A stretch of 64,000 nt of DNA from Candidatus Nomurabacteria bacterium (GTDB lineage: Bacteria > Patescibacteriota > Minisyncoccia > Phycocordibacterales > UBA9973): assembly GCA_026395955.1 (NCBI GenBank), contig JAPLXR010000007.1, forward strand, positions 1,957 to 65,956. The letters run 5' to 3'. Of this stretch, positions 38,855-47,125 are shown in pieces (position 1 is the stretch's first letter; every line of letters starts with the position of its first letter). A program made the translations under genes and the position numbers. The notes below the pieces were generated by a model. The model was not told where the DNA came from. It searched no databases and saw nothing but the letters and a program-made list of their open reading frames with translations.

Positions 38855-39105
38855 TTGAAAACATTGTGGAAAAAGTAATGAAAAGTTAATAATAAAAAAT
38901 GGATAAAAGAAATTAACTACTTAATAAAATGTTAATAAAAAATTGTAAAAAATAAATTATGTGGATAACATTAAAATTATTAAAAAGAAATTAAATTACA
39001 AATATAAAAAATAGCGTTATAAATAAAATATAAAAACTACTTATCCACTTATCCACTTGTATAGTAGTAATAATAAATTATATATATAATATTTAATAAA
39101 ATACT
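38855..39105. other. Candidate oriC: DnaA-box cluster plus AT-rich unwinding element between dnaA and dnaN
   Basis: TGTGGATAA (38960-38968), TTATCCACT twice (39041-39049 and 39049-39057), degenerate boxes at ~38869 and ~38899, then a >90% AT stretch up to dnaN. Confidence 0.7.
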
Positions 39106-40203
39106 ATGAAATTAGAAATCAATATTGAAAAAATAAAAAATGCGATTAACTTAACAGAGAAAGTAACTGGTAAAAATTTAACTCTTCCTATTCTATCTTC
39201 AATACTTTTTATTGCATCTGGAAAATCTTTAAAATTAAGAGCTACGAATCTAAGCGTTGGTATTGAAATAGAATTACCAGCTAAAATAGAAAAAGAAGGA
39301 GTAGTAGCTATTTCTGGTTCTGTAATCTCTGGAGTATTTTCTAATATTATCCAAAATGACAATGTTATCTTAAATGAAGAAGATGGTAATTTAATTATTC
39401 AAACAAAAAAAAGTAAAATTAAATTAAAATGTCAGCCATATGAAGATTTCCCAACTATACCTACTGTAGATGGTCAAAACTTCCTTATAGAAGGAAATAA
39501 ACTTGTAGATGGTATAAAATCTGTTTATTATAGTTCAGCTGTTTCTGATATAAAACCAGAGATTTCTAGTGTTTATATATATTCAAATAATGATGATTTA
39601 ACTTTTGTATCTACAGATTCATTTCGTTTAGCTGAAAAGAAAATTAAAATTAAAAATTTAACTGAAATAACTGGAATATTAATACCTTTTAAAAATATTC
39701 CTGAAATATTACGTATTTTTGGAGATAATACAGGAGAAGTTAAAGTTTGTTTTAATAAGAATCAAATATCTATGTTTATGGATGGTATATATTTTACTTC
39801 TCGTATTATAGATGGAGTATTTCCAGATTATAAACAAATAATGCCAAAAGAAAATAAAACAGAAGCTATTGTCTTAAAACAAGATTTATTAAATGCATTA
39901 AAACTTTCAAATATTTTTTCAGATAAATTTAATCAGTTAAATCTTTCTATTAAACCAAAAGAAAAGATATTTGAAATATATTCTCAAAATTCAAATGTTG
40001 GAGAAAATAAAACAGCACTCGATGCAGCACTAACAGGGAACGATGTAGAACTTTCATTTAATTATAAATATTTCTTAGATTGCCTAAGCTCTATAAATTC
40101 CGACAGTATTGTTTTAAGATTAAATGAATCAAATCGTCCAATGGTTATATCTGGAGTGTCTGACGGGTCATTTACATACCTTATAATGCCAATGAATAGA
40201 TAA
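39106..40203 (+). CDS. dnaN: DNA polymerase III beta sliding clamp
   Basis: 365 aa, three-domain clamp directly after dnaA/oriC; N-terminus MKLEINIEKIKNAINLTEKV. Confidence 0.9.
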   Translation: MKLEINIEKIKNAINLTEKVTGKNLTLPILSSILFIASGKSLKLRATNLSVGIEIELPAKIEKEGVVAISGSVISGVFSNIIQNDNVILNEEDGNLIIQTKKSKIKLKCQPYEDFPTIPTVDGQNFLIEGNKLVDGIKSVYYSSAVSDIKPEISSVYIYSNNDDLTFVSTDSFRLAEKKIKIKNLTEITGILIPFKNIPEILRIFGDNTGEVKVCFNKNQISMFMDGIYFTSRIIDGVFPDYKQIMPKENKTEAIVLKQDLLNALKLSNIFSDKFNQLNLSIKPKEKIFEIYSQNSNVGENKTALDAALTGNDVELSFNYKYFLDCLSSINSDSIVLRLNESNRPMVISGVSDGSFTYLIMPMNR

Positions 40204-40213
40204 GTATATCTCT

Positions 40214-40471
40214 ATGATAGAAATAAAAGATTTATTATCTAAATTTAATGATTTATTACTTTCAGGAGGGTTAAGGAAAGATACAGTTCGAACTGTTATT
40301 TCTGAAACTATAGGAATAGAAATAAAATCAGAAGATATAGAAATAAAAAATGGAACAGTAAAATTAAATATTAAACCTATTTATAAAAATGAAATTTTTA
40401 TAAAACAAGAAATAATACTATCTAAACTTTCAGAAATACTCGGTAAAAAATCCCCACAAAATATTAGATAA
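40214..40471 (+). CDS. DUF721/DciA-like small protein following dnaN
   Basis: 85 aa; alternating hydrophobic pattern resembles DUF721 proteins commonly encoded next to dnaN. Confidence 0.4.
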   Translation: MIEIKDLLSKFNDLLLSGGLRKDTVRTVISETIGIEIKSEDIEIKNGTVKLNIKPIYKNEIFIKQEIILSKLSEILGKKSPQNIR

Positions 40472-40475
40472 ATAT

Positions 40476-42989
40476 TTACTGAACACTGAATTCAGAAATA
40501 GTCTCTGAATTATTAAATACAGAATCATAAGAAATTAATTTAATTTCATTTGTTTGTTTTAAGTTGTCTAAATCAGAAGGATTAAATGAAAAACTAAATG
40601 GAGGTTTTATTGTTTGTATATATGTATTATTTATAAATACATCTATTTTTGCTAATGTAAATTTACCAGTACTAGAAATTTGTAAATTAATTGGTTGGTT
40701 AGCTGGTGTAGGAGTAGTGTTATTTGGGTTTATAATCGTTACTATAGGTTTATTTTCATCAGTATGAATATCATCAACTAAAACAGGTTTTTGATTAATA
40801 CTAACATAAGGATATTTATAACTATTTTGTGCCCACCAATTTTGTATTGGTATTTCCCAATGTTCAAATTGTGAATCATTAGATGGATTTATAGGTGCTG
40901 GTCCAGAAATATTATCTTTATCTATCCAATAAAGTATTGAATGAACATTTGTTAAAACTTTTTCTTCCTTTGTTTCTTTTGGAGTATTAGATGTTGCTAA
41001 TTTACCTGTTATTTTATCTATAAAAAAATTATCATTTCCTTGCCAAAAACCTCTTAATATAGGTTTCATTGTTTCAGAATCTGTTTCTAAATTAGGTTTT
41101 TCAAATTTTCCGCTTGGATATAATTTTAAAGCCTCAACCATAAATTTATTCCATATAGGTCCTGCTGTTCCAGAGCCACCTTTTTTCATTGGTGTATTGT
41201 TATTGTTTCCAGCCCAAACACCTACAGAAATAGAAGGTGTATATCCTACAGTCCAAGCATCCTTGTTATTATTTGTGGTTCCTGTTTTTACAGCTATGTC
41301 TTGACCAGGAATTTGAAGACTTGAATTAGCACCGAAAGTAGGAGTTCTCGCTATATTATCAGAAAGAACATCAGAAATAGTTAATGCTGTATTTTTAGGT
41401 AAAACTTCGTGTGAATTTTGAGTATATTGTTCTAATACATTACTATCATTATCTTCTACTTTTAAAATTCCTGTTGCTGGATTTCTTATTCCATTATCTG
41501 CAAACACACCATAAGCAGAAGTAATATCTAGAAGTTTTACTTCTCCACCTCCGATAACTAGAGTTAAACCATATTGACTCGCATCTTTTAAGTTACTAAT
41601 GCCCATACTCTCAGCAACTTTTATAGAATCTTTTACTCCTGATAAATAAAATAATTTTACTGCTGGAATGTTTATTGATTGAGCTAAGGCATCACGGAGA
41701 GTCATTGGACCACGAAATTTATTATCATAATCATTTGGCATATAACATTCACTTTGTAAGTGTCCTGGCAATGCTTTTCCATACGCATTACATGTTGTTT
41801 GGAATTCTGTAGGTAAATCAAATAAAACTGTATTAGGAGTAAAACCTTTATTAAATGCATTTGCGTAAATAAACGTTTTAAAACTTGATCCTGGTTGTCT
41901 GCTTGCTGTAGCAACATTGAAATTACCATCAATATTTTTATCAAAATAATCTCTAGATCCAACCATTGTTAATATTTGTCCTGTATTTGGATCTATAGCA
42001 ACCAATGCTGCATTTGTTCCATTGTAATCTTTTTCATTTTGTAATGCTCCGTCTTTTACTATTTGTTCTGCTTTTTGTTGTAAGTTGTAATCAAGTGAAG
42101 TAGTAACTTTTAATCCACCACTTGAAACAACATCAGTACCATATTTTTGTTCAAGATAATCTTTAATATAAAAAACAAAGTGTGGAGCTTTGATTCCATT
42201 TGTTTGTTGTGGTAAAAAATTAACAACTTCATTTTTTGCTTGGTCATATTGTATTTGATTTATCATTTTTACTGCAAGCATTCTAGATAAAACAAAGTTT
42301 TTTCTATCATCTAATTTCTTTTTATTTTTTCCATAAGGAGAAAGTGTTGTAGGGGATTGAGGTAATGATGCTATATATGCAGCTTCAGCTAAATCTACAT
42401 CAGATGCATTTTTACCGAAATATGTTTGACTAGCTTCTTGAACTCCATAAATACTTCCACCATATGGTGATTCATTTAAATATAATTCAAGAATTTTTTC
42501 TTTTGGCATTGAACGATCTATCTTTATTGCTAGGACCCATTCTTTTACTTTTCTTAAAATTGTTTTTTGAGAATTTAATAAAGTATTTTTAACTAATTGT
42601 TGAGTAATAGTAGAACCACCCTGTGTTCCTCCTGTATGAAATATATTTGCCAATACTGCACGAATAATAGAGGTGAGTTTAATTCCTCCATGAGTATAGA
42701 ATTCAGCATCTTCTACTGCTACCGTAGCATTTTTAATATTGATACTCATTTGATCAAAAGGAATAATTGTTCGTTTAACATTTTGGTTTAAATCATATAA
42801 AAGAACAGTACCAGTACGGTCATATATTTTTGTTGAACTTATAACTTTTCTTCCATCAAAAGAATGAAAATCAGGTATTTTTATTGTTGATAGGTATATT
42901 ATTGCAAAACCTACAATTAATAAAAAAGAACCTGCTCCAAATAAAATTAAGTTCTTCCAAAATGTTCTCTTTTTATGTATTTTCCTCAT
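40476..42989 (-). CDS. Class A penicillin-binding protein (GT51 transglycosylase plus transpeptidase) with long C-terminal extension
   Basis: N-terminal TM; GT51 motifs EDAEFYTHGG and GGSTITQQLVKN; SxxK/SxN/KTG transpeptidase region; 837 aa. Confidence 0.9.
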   Translation of the reverse strand: MRKIHKKRTFWKNLILFGAGSFLLIVGFAIIYLSTIKIPDFHSFDGRKVISSTKIYDRTGTVLLYDLNQNVKRTIIPFDQMSINIKNATVAVEDAEFYTHGGIKLTSIIRAVLANIFHTGGTQGGSTITQQLVKNTLLNSQKTILRKVKEWVLAIKIDRSMPKEKILELYLNESPYGGSIYGVQEASQTYFGKNASDVDLAEAAYIASLPQSPTTLSPYGKNKKKLDDRKNFVLSRMLAVKMINQIQYDQAKNEVVNFLPQQTNGIKAPHFVFYIKDYLEQKYGTDVVSSGGLKVTTSLDYNLQQKAEQIVKDGALQNEKDYNGTNAALVAIDPNTGQILTMVGSRDYFDKNIDGNFNVATASRQPGSSFKTFIYANAFNKGFTPNTVLFDLPTEFQTTCNAYGKALPGHLQSECYMPNDYDNKFRGPMTLRDALAQSINIPAVKLFYLSGVKDSIKVAESMGISNLKDASQYGLTLVIGGGEVKLLDITSAYGVFADNGIRNPATGILKVEDNDSNVLEQYTQNSHEVLPKNTALTISDVLSDNIARTPTFGANSSLQIPGQDIAVKTGTTNNNKDAWTVGYTPSISVGVWAGNNNNTPMKKGGSGTAGPIWNKFMVEALKLYPSGKFEKPNLETDSETMKPILRGFWQGNDNFFIDKITGKLATSNTPKETKEEKVLTNVHSILYWIDKDNISGPAPINPSNDSQFEHWEIPIQNWWAQNSYKYPYVSINQKPVLVDDIHTDENKPIVTIINPNNTTPTPANQPINLQISSTGKFTLAKIDVFINNTYIQTIKPPFSFSFNPSDLDNLKQTNEIKLISYDSVFNNSETISEFSVQ

Positions 42990-43026
42990 CCTTTAATCAT
43001 AGCAAATTGTATGTTATTATACGAGT

Positions 43027-44223
43027 ATGAAAGTAATAACTGATGAAAAAATAATAGACGAAATATTGTCTAAAGGAGTTGAAGATGTTTTTGTTAAAGA
43101 ACACCTTAAAAAACAATTAATGTCTGGGAAAGTTTTACGTATTAAATTAGGTATAGACCCAACAGGACCGAAGATACATTTAGGTAGAGCTATACCACTT
43201 CGTAAATTAAGAGCATTTCAAGATTTAGGTCATAAGGCTGTTTTAATTGTTGGTGATTTTACTGCAACTATTGGTGATCCTTCAGATAAACTAGAGAAGC
43301 GTCCAATGCTTACAACAAATAAAATAAAAGAAAATATGAAGGATTATAAAAAGCAGATAGGGAAAATTATAGATATTAAAAAAGCTGAATTTGTTTACAA
43401 TAGTTCTTGGTTAAAAAAATTAAGTATGATGGAAACCTCTATTCTTGCTGAAAGTTTTTCTTTGCAACAAATGTCTAAAAGAAGAAATTTTCAAGATCGT
43501 TTAGAAAAAGATGAAGAAATTTCTTTACGTGAATTGTTTTATCCTTTAATGCAAGGCTATGATAGTGTTGCTGTAAAATCAGACGTAGAAATTGGAGGGT
43601 TCGATCAATTATTTAATGTAAAAGCCGGTAGAACAATACAAAAACATTATGGTATGTCGGAACAAGATATTTTAACTGTTCAAATGCTTGAGGGTACAGA
43701 TGGTAGAAAAATGTCTACTTCTTGGGGTAATGTTATTACAATAGTAGATGAACCAAATGATATGTATGGAAAAGTTATGTCTGTAAAAGATGAACTACTT
43801 TCAAAGTATTTTTTACTTTGCACAGATATACCAATGTCACAAATAAAAGATTTTGAGAAAAAAATCACTGATGGTATGAATCCAAAAGATTTTAAAATGG
43901 GACTTGCTTACGAAATAGTAAAAATCTATCACGGAGAGAAAAAAGCTAAAGAAGCAGAAACAAATTTCGTGAATACTTTTTCTAAAAAAGAAATTCCAGA
44001 TGAAATGGAAGAAATAAAAGGGAATGCTGGAGAAAGTCTCGTAGATGTTTTACTTAACAAAAAAGTTCTAACATCAAAAGGGGAATGGCGTAGACTGGTA
44101 GAACAAAATGCAATTCATGATTTAGAGAATGATACTAGAATTACAGACGTGAATTATAAAGTAGAAAAAGATCTAACTTTAAAGATTGGCAAGAAGAGAT
44201 TTATAAAAATAATAGTTAAATAA
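43027..44223 (+). CDS. tyrS: Tyrosine--tRNA ligase (class I, with C-terminal S4-like domain)
   Basis: GIDPTGPKIHLGRAIPLRKLRAFQ (HIGH region, TyrRS-like), KMSTS motif, S4-like C-terminus (SKGEWRRLVEQNAI). Confidence 0.8.
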   Translation: MKVITDEKIIDEILSKGVEDVFVKEHLKKQLMSGKVLRIKLGIDPTGPKIHLGRAIPLRKLRAFQDLGHKAVLIVGDFTATIGDPSDKLEKRPMLTTNKIKENMKDYKKQIGKIIDIKKAEFVYNSSWLKKLSMMETSILAESFSLQQMSKRRNFQDRLEKDEEISLRELFYPLMQGYDSVAVKSDVEIGGFDQLFNVKAGRTIQKHYGMSEQDILTVQMLEGTDGRKMSTSWGNVITIVDEPNDMYGKVMSVKDELLSKYFLLCTDIPMSQIKDFEKKITDGMNPKDFKMGLAYEIVKIYHGEKKAKEAETNFVNTFSKKEIPDEMEEIKGNAGESLVDVLLNKKVLTSKGEWRRLVEQNAIHDLENDTRITDVNYKVEKDLTLKIGKKRFIKIIVK

Positions 44224-44257
44224 TAAAAACCCTCGAGCAATCGAGGGTTTTTATTTT
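44224..44257. terminator. Bidirectional terminator
   Basis: aaaaaCCCTCGAgcaaTCGAGGGttttt. Confidence 0.7.
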
Positions 44258-44396
44258 ATAGAGCTTCTTCGTCTTCATGAAAACCAAGAGGTAGATCTAA
44301 ATCTTCGTCTAGAAGATCAGCTGCCTCTAATGGATCCAATTCTTCATCCAAATCAGGACCAATATTCATATCTTTTACTTCATCTTCGTCGTACAT
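44256..44396 (-). CDS. Small highly acidic protein (46 aa), possible last gene of the ruv operon
   Basis: Reverse-strand ORF MYDEDEVKDMNIGPDLDEELDPLEAADLLDEDLDLPLGFHEDEEAL, co-directional with ruvC, ends at the terminator; not in the ORF table (<60 aa). Confidence 0.3.
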   Translation of the reverse strand: MYDEDEVKDMNIGPDLDEELDPLEAADLLDEDLDLPLGFHEDEEAL

Positions 44397-44496
44397 ATTT
44401 GTTTTTTATTTTTTGTTAATTTAAAAAACGACCTTTTAAAAATAATAATCTATTTATGAAACTATTTTATAACAAATATAAACATCTTGTGCAATC

Positions 44497-44988
44497 TTAT
44501 TTTTTATAAACTGTGGATAAGTGTGCGAAGCCAGTGAGGGCTATAGCTATTGCATCTAGCTCGTCATCTGATTTTTTAGAATTATCTATATCTACAAGCA
44601 TTTTAACCATGCGCATTACTTGCTCTTTGTCTGCTTTACCATATCCTGTCGTCGCTATTTTTATTTGAGGAGGGGAAGCTTCAAATATTTTTAGATCTGC
44701 TTTTATGGCTTCGTATATCACTACTCCACGTGCTTCGGCGACATGCATTACCGTTTTTTGATTTGTAGTTAGAAATAAAGTTTCAATTGCGAGAACTTCT
44801 GGTTTGTATTTTTTGATTATCATTTGGACTTGTTCACCGATAAGTTTTAGTCTGTCCGCGAATTCTAATTTTGCTGAAGTTTTAAAACATTCAGAAAAAA
44901 TAACATTCTCGCGTTTGTCATCAGTATTTTTTTCTAATACTGCGATACCTAATCTTTCAAACCCCGGATCAATTCCTAGTATTTTCAT
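44497..44988 (-). CDS. ruvC: Holliday junction resolvase RuvC
   Basis: MKILGIDPGFERLGIAVLE start and RuvC catalytic acidic residues. Confidence 0.9.
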   Translation of the reverse strand: MKILGIDPGFERLGIAVLEKNTDDKRENVIFSECFKTSAKLEFADRLKLIGEQVQMIIKKYKPEVLAIETLFLTTNQKTVMHVAEARGVVIYEAIKADLKIFEASPPQIKIATTGYGKADKEQVMRMVKMLVDIDNSKKSDDELDAIAIALTGFAHLSTVYKK

Positions 44989-45005
44989 ATTGTAATTATA
45001 TCAGA

Positions 45006-45086
45006 CCTCACCCCAATGCTACGCATTTGCCCCTCCCCATTTTTTAAAAATGGGGAGGGGTTAGGGGAGAGGTTATTCCGCATTCG
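45006..45086. repeat. GC-rich palindromic repeat element, copy B (81 bp), between yebC and ruvC; 3' end overlaps the yebC stop
   Basis: cctcaccccaatgctacgcatttgcccctccccattttttaaaaatggggaggggttaggggagaggttattccgcattcg aligns to 28038-28122. Confidence 0.7.
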
Positions 45087-45612
45087 TAAAAACTTCTTGC
45101 ACGTCGTCGTAATTTTCTAATTCATTTATTATTGTTTCGAGTAAATTCGCATCTTCTTCTGAATTTATTTCAGTAAGCATATTTGGTTTCCAAACTAAAC
45201 CTTCTGGAGAAAGTTCTTTTGTGAAGCTCCATGCGACAGAGCCGATACCTCCGAGTGCGAAGCCGTGTTTTGTCATTATGTGACGAATGTCCTGTGAAGA
45301 TCTATTTCTACTATCAGTCAGAACTTCGATAATTATTCCCACACCCGCAGGACCATAAGCTTCGTAAGTAATAGCATCCATCTGTGCTGATGGTTCACTT
45401 GCTTTTTTTATGGCTCTATCAACGTTGTCAGAAGGGAGGCCTTCGCGTTTTGCTTTCAATATCGCAGCTTTGAGTCCGGGTGCTTCTCTATTACCTCCGC
45501 AGTTTTTAGCTTCAGCTGTAATCAGGCGCACCATTTTAGTAAAGATTTTATGTGTATCTTTACCATTCGCCTCCTTTTTCATTTTATTTTTTACCCACTG
45601 TGAATGACTCAT
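45073..45612 (-). CDS. yebC: YebC/PmpR-family transcriptional regulator, shortened (179 aa)
   Basis: N-terminal HSQWVKNKMKKEA...KIFTKMVRLITAEA typical of YebC; C-terminal DDVQEVFTN motif; missing part of the middle domain. Confidence 0.75.
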   Translation of the reverse strand: MSHSQWVKNKMKKEANGKDTHKIFTKMVRLITAEAKNCGGNREAPGLKAAILKAKREGLPSDNVDRAIKKASEPSAQMDAITYEAYGPAGVGIIIEVLTDSRNRSSQDIRHIMTKHGFALGGIGSVAWSFTKELSPEGLVWKPNMLTEINSEEDANLLETIINELENYDDVQEVFTNAE

Positions 45613-45624
45613 ATCTGTAATATT

Positions 45625-46656
45625 TTATTTCTCTCCTACAAATTCAAAACCTAAATGCTCATAGGCTTTGCGGGTTGCAGTACGGCCGCGAGCGGTGCGT
45701 TCGAGGAGGCCGAGCTGGATCATGTATGGCTCTATGACTTCTTCAATAGTTGCTTCTTCTTCAGACGTTGCAGCAGCGATGGTCTTGAGACCGACGGGTC
45801 CGCCGTTGAACTTTTCAATAATTATTTCAAGAATTTTTCTGTCAGCAGAATTGAGCCCGAGCTCATCTATTTCGAGTAACTCTAAAGCCTTCTTTGCAGA
45901 TGTTTTACTAATATTTTTACCTGCCCCGTACTGAGCTTGCTCTAGTTCGGGGTGTACTTGAGCAAAGTCACGACAGCGCTTGAGGAAATAGTTTGCAGTA
46001 CGTGGAGTGAAGCGTGAGCGTTTTGCGATTTCTTCCATTGCTTCTTCATCGACTTCAATATTTAAAATTTTTGCAGAACGGAGGAGAATTTGTTTTATTT
46101 CTTCTTCACTATAAAATTCCATACGGAAAGTTCCTCCAGAGAAACGAGAACGGAGAGGGGAAGAGATGAGAGCCATACGAGTCGTCGCGGCGATGAGTGT
46201 GAATGGTGGTAAGTCGAGCTGGATAGTGCGAGCAGATGGGCCTTTGCCGATAATGATATCGAGTACGCCGGATTCCATCGCTGGATAGAGGACTTCCTCT
46301 ATCATTTTGTTGAGGCGGTGGATTTCATCTATAAAGATAATATCCCCAGGAGCGAGGTTAGTCAAAATACTCGCCAAATCACCAACTTTTTCAATAGCAG
46401 GACCAGAAGTTATCTTCATTTGGCGTCCAGATTCTTTGGCTATAAGGTGGGCGAGGGTAGTTTTACCTAATCCTGGTGGTCCATAGAAAAGGATGTGTTC
46501 AGGGATGTGTCCACGCTCTTCTGCGGCACCTAAAAGGATTTTTAGATTTTCTTTTATGACTTTTTGGCCAATATAGTCATCCCAAGTCGAAGGACGCAAA
46601 GTTTGGTCTAGGTGGCTTTCGTCTTTATTTATATTGGTTTTTTCATCTTTTGACAT
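45625..46656 (-). CDS. ruvB: Holliday junction branch-migration ATPase RuvB
   Basis: Walker A GPPGLGKTTLA, sensor motifs and winged-helix C-terminus; ruvC-yebC-ruvB neighbourhood. Confidence 0.95.
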   Translation of the reverse strand: MSKDEKTNINKDESHLDQTLRPSTWDDYIGQKVIKENLKILLGAAEERGHIPEHILFYGPPGLGKTTLAHLIAKESGRQMKITSGPAIEKVGDLASILTNLAPGDIIFIDEIHRLNKMIEEVLYPAMESGVLDIIIGKGPSARTIQLDLPPFTLIAATTRMALISSPLRSRFSGGTFRMEFYSEEEIKQILLRSAKILNIEVDEEAMEEIAKRSRFTPRTANYFLKRCRDFAQVHPELEQAQYGAGKNISKTSAKKALELLEIDELGLNSADRKILEIIIEKFNGGPVGLKTIAAATSEEEATIEEVIEPYMIQLGLLERTARGRTATRKAYEHLGFEFVGEK

Positions 46657-46697
46657 AATTTTTATACCTTATTTATCAATATTTGTGAATAATTTGC

Positions 46698-46726
46698 TTG
46701 ACATTTCAATTCGAATATGCTATATT
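46698..46726 (+). promoter_or_regulatory. Consensus-like promoter (TTGACA-17-TATATT) pointing into an ORF-free region
   Basis: Hexamers at 46698-46703 and 46721-46726; no plus-strand ORF downstream before the terminator at 47090. Confidence 0.4.
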
Positions 46727-47089
46727 TCTACTGTTGACATGTTATCAACATACATATCCACATTATAGCATTTGCTATGAATTGTATATAGTATAATGAA
46801 TTTGTTGAGGATCACACCTCAATTTTATTTTACAAAAGAAGAAGGCACTAATCTAAGCACGCTCTGATAGTTGCCTCTGGCAACAAGATAAGTGTGTTAT
46901 ACAAGATTAGTGATCTTCAAAAACAAGAAGGCATCAATCTCTAAGCAATCAGCCCCTGGTTCTATAGTTTTGCATAGGACGTTTTGGTTTCTAATTTATT
47001 ATTTTCTGGAACCATCCTATAATGATCTGTTACTTTTGGAGCATAGCTCCGGAAGGATTGTTTAGAGATTAATGCTTTTTATCTCTCAT

Positions 47090-47125
47090 AAAAAATACCC
47101 CGATTTTATTCGGGGTATTTTTTAT
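47090..47125. terminator. Bidirectional intrinsic terminator (end of pilB on minus; possible end of a plus-strand ncRNA)
   Basis: aaaaTACCCCGattttattCGGGGTAtttttt. Confidence 0.7.

Noticed and set aside
40487-40509. Hairpin AATTCAGA-N7-TCTGAATT as a terminator between the DUF721-like gene and PBP1A
   Set aside because: It lies inside the C-terminal coding sequence of the PBP1A ORF (ends 40476), not in intergenic space.
47040-47065. Possible SRP (4.5S) RNA because of tccggaagg
   Set aside because: Only a 9-nt partial match to the helix-8 motif; the flanking GGAAGCAGCC / AGGUCAGG elements and the closing helix are absent.
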